Origin: Betaproteobacteria bacterium | GTDB lineage: Bacteria > Pseudomonadota > Gammaproteobacteria > Burkholderiales > Casimicrobiaceae | Direction of reading: 5' to 3' | Assembly (NCBI GenBank): GCA_027492485.1 | Contig: JAPUER010000079.1 | Coordinates: forward strand, 161,844 to 225,843 | Length of the DNA stretch: 64,000 bases | In this document: positions 58,824 to 64,000 of the stretch, in pieces | How the letters are laid out: every line of letters starts with the position of its first letter | How positions within the stretch are numbered: position 1 is the first letter of the stretch | Translations under genes and position numbers: made by a program | The notes under the pieces: generated by a model | Told to the model about the DNA's origin: nothing | The model's database searches: none | Seen by the model: only the letters and a program-made list of their open reading frames with translations

Positions 58824-59714
58824 ATGAAGTATCTTCCGTCACTCGTTCTCGCCATACTCGTCGTCACCGCCCTGCGCGGCGTCTTCAGCGGCGCACCGGT
58901 CAACTTTCCGCTGTTGTTGCTGCTCGCTGTAGTGGTATGCGGCGTCGCCTGGGCGGTCGACAAGTTCTACTTGGCCAAGCGTCGCACTGCGGGCGAACCA
59001 TTGCACTGGGGCATCGAAGTACCGGCATCGATCTTTACCGTGCTGCTGGTGGTTTTCCTGCTTCGTTCGTTCCTTGCGGAACCCTTCCGCATCCCATCCA
59101 GTTCGATGCGACCGGGGCTGGTGACTGGAGATTTCATCCTGGTCAACAAGTTCGCTTACGGCATTCGACTGCCTGTGCTCGACAGCAAGGTGATCGACAC
59201 CGGCAGTCCGGCGCGCGGCGACGTCGCCGTGTTCAAGGCGCCGCACGAGCCGGACAAGGATTACATCAAGCGCATCATCGGTCTGCCCGGCGATACCATC
59301 GTCTACAAGGACAAGAAGCTGACGCTGAACGGCGCACCGGTGCCGCAAACCGAAGACGGCACCTACAGCTACGTCGAGTTCGGGCAATTCCTGACCGCTC
59401 TCAAGTTCAAGGAAAAGTTGGGTGACCACGAATACCTGATCGCCCAGTTTCCCCAATTTCCGTCGTTCATTCCGAGTCAGAAGTATCCCGGCACGCCGGT
59501 GCCTACTTGCACGGACGACGGCAATGCGGTGACGTGCAAGGTGCCGCCGGGGCACTATCTGGCGATGGGCGACAACCGGGACAACAGCCTCGATGGCCGT
59601 TATTGGGGTTTTGTGCCCGACAGTCACCTGCGCGGCAAGGCATTCTTCATCTGGTTCAATTGGGACGATATTTCGTCGTTCGCTTTCAAGCGCGTGTTTC
59701 GCGGCATACAATAA
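58824..59714 (+). CDS. lepB: Signal peptidase I
   Basis: EPFRIPSSSM, DYIKRIIGLPGD and GDNRDNSLDGRYWGFVP. Confidence 0.97.
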   Translation: MKYLPSLVLAILVVTALRGVFSGAPVNFPLLLLLAVVVCGVAWAVDKFYLAKRRTAGEPLHWGIEVPASIFTVLLVVFLLRSFLAEPFRIPSSSMRPGLVTGDFILVNKFAYGIRLPVLDSKVIDTGSPARGDVAVFKAPHEPDKDYIKRIIGLPGDTIVYKDKKLTLNGAPVPQTEDGTYSYVEFGQFLTALKFKEKLGDHEYLIAQFPQFPSFIPSQKYPGTPVPTCTDDGNAVTCKVPPGHYLAMGDNRDNSLDGRYWGFVPDSHLRGKAFFIWFNWDDISSFAFKRVFRGIQ

Positions 59715-59732
59715 TTCGCGATTGAATTACCG

Positions 59733-60107
59733 TTGAAGGCGCCCGTGAAATTCCAGCACCAGCGTGGTCTCAGTCTGATCGGTTTTATTTTCCTGGCGGC
59801 GATTGTCGCGTTCGTGATGTTCACGGCGTTTCGTTGCGTTCCGGCCTGGACCGAATACCTGTCGCTGAAAAAGGTGTTGCAACAAGTCGCCAACGAGTTC
59901 GGTGTCGAGGCGCAGCCGCCGGCGATCCGGGCGTCGTTCGATCGTCGCGCGACGATCGACGATTTGCCGGTGCAGGGCAGGGATCTCGACATCCGCAAGG
60001 ACAACGGTCGCATTGCGCTATCCGTGGCGTACCAGCGCAAGGTGCCGGTCGCCGGCAACATGAGCCTGCTGTTCGATTTCGACGCATCGGCGACGGGTAA
60101 CCGGTAG
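59733..60107 (+). CDS. DUF4845 family protein
   Basis: QRGLSL N-terminus, P..EY; conserved position between lepB and rnc. Confidence 0.85.
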   Translation: MKAPVKFQHQRGLSLIGFIFLAAIVAFVMFTAFRCVPAWTEYLSLKKVLQQVANEFGVEAQPPAIRASFDRRATIDDLPVQGRDLDIRKDNGRIALSVAYQRKVPVAGNMSLLFDFDASATGNR

Positions 60108-60767
60108 TTGAGCCTCGAAGCTTCCCTCGGCTATACCTTTCGCGAGCCACGCCTGCTGCGCGAGGCGTTGACGCATCGCAGTTTCGGCACACCGCACAAT
60201 GAGCGGCTGGAGTTCATCGGCGACAGCGTTTTGAATTGCACCATCGCGCTCGCGCTGTTCGAAAAATTTCAGGAACTGCCCGAGGGCCAGCTCTCGCGCA
60301 TGCGCGCGAACCTGGTCAGCCAGCCGGCCTTGCATTCGCTGGCGCAGCGGCTGGACATCTCGCAGCACATCCGGATCGGCGAGGGCGAGGAGAAAAGCGG
60401 CGGTCGCGAACGGCCGTCGATGCTCGCCGACGCGCTCGAAGCCGTTTTCGGTGCCATTCTGCTCGATTCCGGATTCGATGCAGCACAGGCAACGATCAAT
60501 CGTCTCTACGTTGCACGCATTGCCCAGGTCAATCCGCGCGAAGGCGGCAAGGACGCCAAGACGCGTCTTCAGGAATTCATGCAGTCCAAGCATTTGCCGC
60601 TGCCGACGTATACCGTCGAGCGCGTCGACGGCGAGGCGCATGCGCAGGTGTTCACCGTTCGTTGCAGCGTGCCGCAGGTCGACCAGGAGGCCGTTGGACG
60701 CGGCTCATCCCGCCGCGCCGCCGAGCAACAGGCCGCCAACGCCGTGCTGAACAAACTGGGCGTGTAG
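60108..60767 (+). CDS. rnc: Ribonuclease III
   Basis: ALTHRS, NERLEFIGD, DAKTRLQE and dsRBD. Confidence 0.97.
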   Translation: MSLEASLGYTFREPRLLREALTHRSFGTPHNERLEFIGDSVLNCTIALALFEKFQELPEGQLSRMRANLVSQPALHSLAQRLDISQHIRIGEGEEKSGGRERPSMLADALEAVFGAILLDSGFDAAQATINRLYVARIAQVNPREGGKDAKTRLQEFMQSKHLPLPTYTVERVDGEAHAQVFTVRCSVPQVDQEAVGRGSSRRAAEQQAANAVLNKLGV

Positions 60768-60779
60768 CGGGATATCGGC

Positions 60780-61694
60780 ATGACGAGCGACGCTTCACCT
60801 GCCAAGTTGCTGCGCTGCGGCCAGATTGCCGTGGTTGGCAGGCCGAATGTCGGCAAATCGACGCTGCTGAACCGGCTGGTCGGCGAAAAGCTGTCCATTA
60901 CTTCGCGCAAGGCACAGACCACGCGCCTGCCGCTGCGCGGCATTCTGACCACCGAGAGCGCGCAGTTTGTCTTCGTCGATACGCCGGGCTTCCAGACCAA
61001 GCATGGCGGCGAGATGAACAAGCGCCTCAACGGCAGCGTTCGCCGCACGCTGGAAGAGGTCGATGTGGTGCTCTGGGTGTGGGATGCCACGCGGCTGTCG
61101 GCGGCTGATCGTGCCGTGCTCGACCTGATTCCGGCGAAAACTCCGGTCATTGCAGTGCCGAACAAGGTGGATCTGATCCGCGATCGCGCGGCGCTGGCGA
61201 CGGCGGTGGCCGAACTTTCCGCCGTGCGGCCGTTTGCCGCGGTGGTCCCGGTCGCCGCCAGCAAGGGAACGCAGACCGACGCGCTGCTCGCCGAGATCGA
61301 GAAGCTACTACCCGAAGTCGGCGAGGGCGAGCTGATGTTCGACGCCGACGACTTGACCGACAAGCCCGAGCGCTTTCTGGCCGCCGAGATCATCCGCGAG
61401 AAGATCTTCCGCCTGACCGGCGACGAGTTGCCGTATCGCGCCGCCGTGATGATCGACAAATTCGAGCACGAGGGCAATCTTCGCCGCATTTTTGCCGCCA
61501 TTCTGGTCGACAAGGCGTCGCAGCGACCGATCCTGATCGGCGCCGGCGGCGAGGTGCTCAAGCGCATCGGCACCGAGGCGCGGCTCGACATGCAAAAACT
61601 CTTCGGCGGTCCGGTGTATCTGGAGCTGTTCGTCAAGATCAAGAGCGGCTGGTCGGAGAACGCGGCCGTGCTACGCGACCTGGGCATTACTTAG
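60780..61694 (+). CDS. era: GTPase Era
   Basis: GRPNVGKSTL, DTPG, NKVD and KH domain with ELPY. Confidence 0.97.
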   Translation: MTSDASPAKLLRCGQIAVVGRPNVGKSTLLNRLVGEKLSITSRKAQTTRLPLRGILTTESAQFVFVDTPGFQTKHGGEMNKRLNGSVRRTLEEVDVVLWVWDATRLSAADRAVLDLIPAKTPVIAVPNKVDLIRDRAALATAVAELSAVRPFAAVVPVAASKGTQTDALLAEIEKLLPEVGEGELMFDADDLTDKPERFLAAEIIREKIFRLTGDELPYRAAVMIDKFEHEGNLRRIFAAILVDKASQRPILIGAGGEVLKRIGTEARLDMQKLFGGPVYLELFVKIKSGWSENAAVLRDLGIT

Positions 61695-61708
61695 CGGCGT
61701 TGCCGCAA

Positions 61709-61859
61709 GATGAATGACCAATGACGAATGACGAACGATGATCGGCGGACGACCAACCCGTGTAGGAGCGGGCTTGCCCGCGATGCTGTTGTGCCGGGAC
61801 ATTCGCGGGCAAGCCCGCTCCCACGCACTCGACACCCTTTCGTCATTCGTCTTTCGTCT
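61709..61859. repeat. Inverted heptameric tandem repeats enclosing a REP doublet
   Basis: GATGAATGACCAATGACGAATGACGAA ... TTTCGTCATTCGTCTTTCGTCT. Confidence 0.7.
61762..61824. repeat. GTAG-class REP doublet (REPIN-like)
   Basis: GTAGGAGCGGGCTTGCCCGCGA-spacer-TCGCGGGCAAGCCCGCTCCCAC. Confidence 0.85.
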
Positions 61860-61888
61860 CCCGTCCCATCAAGCGCGAGACGCTTGAT

Positions 61889-62704
61889 ATGGCCGTTCAG
61901 GCAAAAAAATCCGCCCCGCAGCGCGCCTTCGTGCTGCATAGCTACGCCTACAAGGAATCGAGCCTGATCGTTGACCTCTTTACGCTGGACAACGGCCGCA
62001 TGGCGGCGATGGCGAAGGGCGCCAAGCGGCCGGCATCCAATTTGCGTGGCGCATTGCTGTCGCTGCAACCGGTCGAGGTGGTCTTCAGCGGCCGCGGCGA
62101 GGTGAAGACCTTGACCCAGGCGCAATGGCTGCCCGGCCAGCCGTGGTTGACCGGGCAGGCGCTGATGTGCGGCATGTATCTCAACGAACTGTTGATCAAG
62201 CTGCTGCCGCGCGAAGACCCGCATCCGCAACTGTTCGAATCCTACGCGGCGACCTTGCTGACGCTGGCGGCCAGCGACGAACACAGCGCCATCCTGCGCG
62301 AGTTCGAGGTGTGCCTGCTGACCGAAATGGGCTACGGACTCGAGCTCGACCGCGATGTGCGCAGTGGACAGCCGCTGAAACCGGAAGTGCTCTACCGCTA
62401 TGACCCGCTGTCCGGCCCGAGCGAGCAGGGCATCGGTGCCCTGGTCAGCGGTGGTGCACTGCTGGCGCTTGGGCGCGGTCGCTTCGACAGCAACGCGGTC
62501 GCCGCCGAGGCGCGCGATTTCGTGCGCAACATCATCAATTTCCACCTCGAACGGCGAACCGTGCGCTCGTCCGGCGTGATGCACGACCTGCACCAGTTGA
62601 GCGAGCGGCTCGATGCCAAGCCGGCGCGCAAGGCAGGCGCCTCGCGCAGGGCGGCCGCGGCGTCGGCAGTGGCGGCGCCGGCACCAGCGTTGGCGGCCAC
62701 ATGA
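61889..62704 (+). CDS. recO: DNA repair protein RecO
   Basis: AFVLHSYAYKESSLIVDLFT, AKGAKR and YLNELL.KLL..EDPHP. Confidence 0.95.
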   Translation: MAVQAKKSAPQRAFVLHSYAYKESSLIVDLFTLDNGRMAAMAKGAKRPASNLRGALLSLQPVEVVFSGRGEVKTLTQAQWLPGQPWLTGQALMCGMYLNELLIKLLPREDPHPQLFESYAATLLTLAASDEHSAILREFEVCLLTEMGYGLELDRDVRSGQPLKPEVLYRYDPLSGPSEQGIGALVSGGALLALGRGRFDSNAVAAEARDFVRNIINFHLERRTVRSSGVMHDLHQLSERLDAKPARKAGASRRAAAASAVAAPAPALAAT

Positions 62705-63102
62705 TTCTCGGCATCGGCACCGACATCGTGTCGATCGCGCGCATTCGCGAGGCGCTCGATCGCCACGGCGCGCAGTTCGCGCAACGCATCCTGAGCGATG
62801 CCGAATTGCTGGCCCTCAATGACGTGAAAGACCCGGTGCCGTGGCTGGCCAAACGCTGGGCGGCGAAGGAAGCCTTCGGCAAGGCGGCCGGCAGCGGTGT
62901 CCGCGCGCCGCTGTCGCTGGCCGCCATCGGCGTCGACCACGATGCCGCCGGACGCCCGCTGTTCGAGCTGTCCGCCGCCGTCGTGCAGGCGCTGCAGGCG
63001 CGCGGCGTCGAGCGCATCCATCTCACGCTGTCCGACGAACGCGACTACGCGGTTGCCTTCGTTGTCTTCGAGGGCAGTTCGCCGTCCGCTTCGTCCATCT
63101 GA
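62701..63102 (+). CDS. acpS: Holo-ACP synthase
   Basis: ILGIGTDIV, AKRWAAKEA and HLTLSDE. Confidence 0.95.
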   Translation: MILGIGTDIVSIARIREALDRHGAQFAQRILSDAELLALNDVKDPVPWLAKRWAAKEAFGKAAGSGVRAPLSLAAIGVDHDAAGRPLFELSAAVVQALQARGVERIHLTLSDERDYAVAFVVFEGSSPSASSI

Positions 63103-63104
63103 TC

Positions 63105-64000
63105 ATGTCACGAAAATCCGCCGCCAATCCCGCCGCCGCCACCACGCCAAAATTGCCGCTCGGCCCGATCATGACCTCGATCGAGGGAACCAGGCTGACC
63201 GCCGAAGACCGCGAAGTGCTGCGCCATCCGCTGGTTGGCGGCGTCATTTACTTCGCACGCAATTTCGTCGACAAGGCACAACTGGCGGCGCTGTCGGCGG
63301 ACATCAAGGCGCTGCGCGACCCGGCACTGGTGATCGCGGTGGATCACGAGGGCGGGCGCGTGCAGCGCTTTCGCGATGGCTTCACCGAAATCCCGCCGAT
63401 GCGTGCGCTGGGCGACCTGTGGACGACGCATGCGCCGTCCGCGCGGGCGCGTGCGTTCGAGATCGGCTTCACCATTGGTCACGAGCTCGGCGAGGTCGGC
63501 ATCGACTTCAGCTTCGCGCCGGTGCTCGATCTCGATTACGGCGAATCCAGCGTGATCGGCCATCGCGCATTCCATCGCGATCCGATCGCCGTCGCCGCGC
63601 TGGCCACCGCCCTGATGCAGGGCCTGCGCGCCGAGGGCATGGCGGCGGTCGGCAAACACTTCCCCGGGCACGGCTTCGTCAAGGGCGACACGCACTGGGA
63701 GCGCCCGATCGACGAGCGCAGTTATGCCGACGTGGAGCAGGCCGATTTGATCCCGTTCCGCGAACTGGTGGCGGCCGGGCTCGACGGCGTCATGGCGGCG
63801 CATCTGGTGTTTCCGAACATCGATCCCGCGCTGGCCGGCTTTTCGCCGTTCTGGCTGCAAAGCGTACTGCGCAACAAGCTGCATTTCCGCGGCGTGATCT
63901 TTACCGACGACCTCGGTATGGTCGCCGCGCACGCCGTTGGCGATCTGACGGCGCGCGCCGAAGCGGCCGTGCAGGGCGGCGCCGACATCGTGCTGCCGTG
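63105..64000 (+). CDS. nagZ: Beta-N-acetylhexosaminidase (partial, runs off window end)
   Basis: Hand translation: HPLVGGVIYFARNF, VDHEGGRVQRF, FAPVLDL and KHFPGHG. Confidence 0.95.
   Translation, partial: MSRKSAANPAAATTPKLPLGPIMTSIEGTRLTAEDREVLRHPLVGGVIYFARNFVDKAQLAALSADIKALRDPALVIAVDHEGGRVQRFRDGFTEIPPMRALGDLWTTHAPSARARAFEIGFTIGHELGEVGIDFSFAPVLDLDYGESSVIGHRAFHRDPIAVAALATALMQGLRAEGMAAVGKHFPGHGFVKGDTHWERPIDERSYADVEQADLIPFRELVAAGLDGVMAAHLVFPNIDPALAGFSPFWLQSVLRNKLHFRGVIFTDDLGMVAAHAVGDLTARAEAAVQGGADIVLP

Overview
A GC-rich bacterial chromosomal window; gene content and the conserved rpoE-rseA-rseB-degQ-lepA-lepB-DUF4845-rnc-era-recO-acpS-nagZ block point to a betaproteobacterium. About 55 CDS were called: peptidases and amidases, Moco genes, a Ugp-like ABC transporter, a gspDEF cluster, a RelE-type TA pair and housekeeping genes. 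No rRNA, tRNA, CRISPR array, integrase or transposase was seen. The main result is the locus at 34699-40947, whose three secreted proteins read like a cellulosome-style cohesin-dockerin hierarchy in a Gram-negative host: (i) a serine hydrolase with a C-terminal dockerin-like module, (ii) a cohesin-like plus dockerin-like adaptor, and (iii) a cohesin-like, 5x Calx-beta, IPTL-CTERM anchor. Other highlights are a family of about 120-bp dyad intergenic elements centred on GTCGAC (six loci, two carrying REP doublets), a REP inserted in frame into a peptidase gene, a receiver-like protein with two DEP domains, and the absence of pdxJ from its usual position. Domain calls come from motif recognition by eye, not from database searches.
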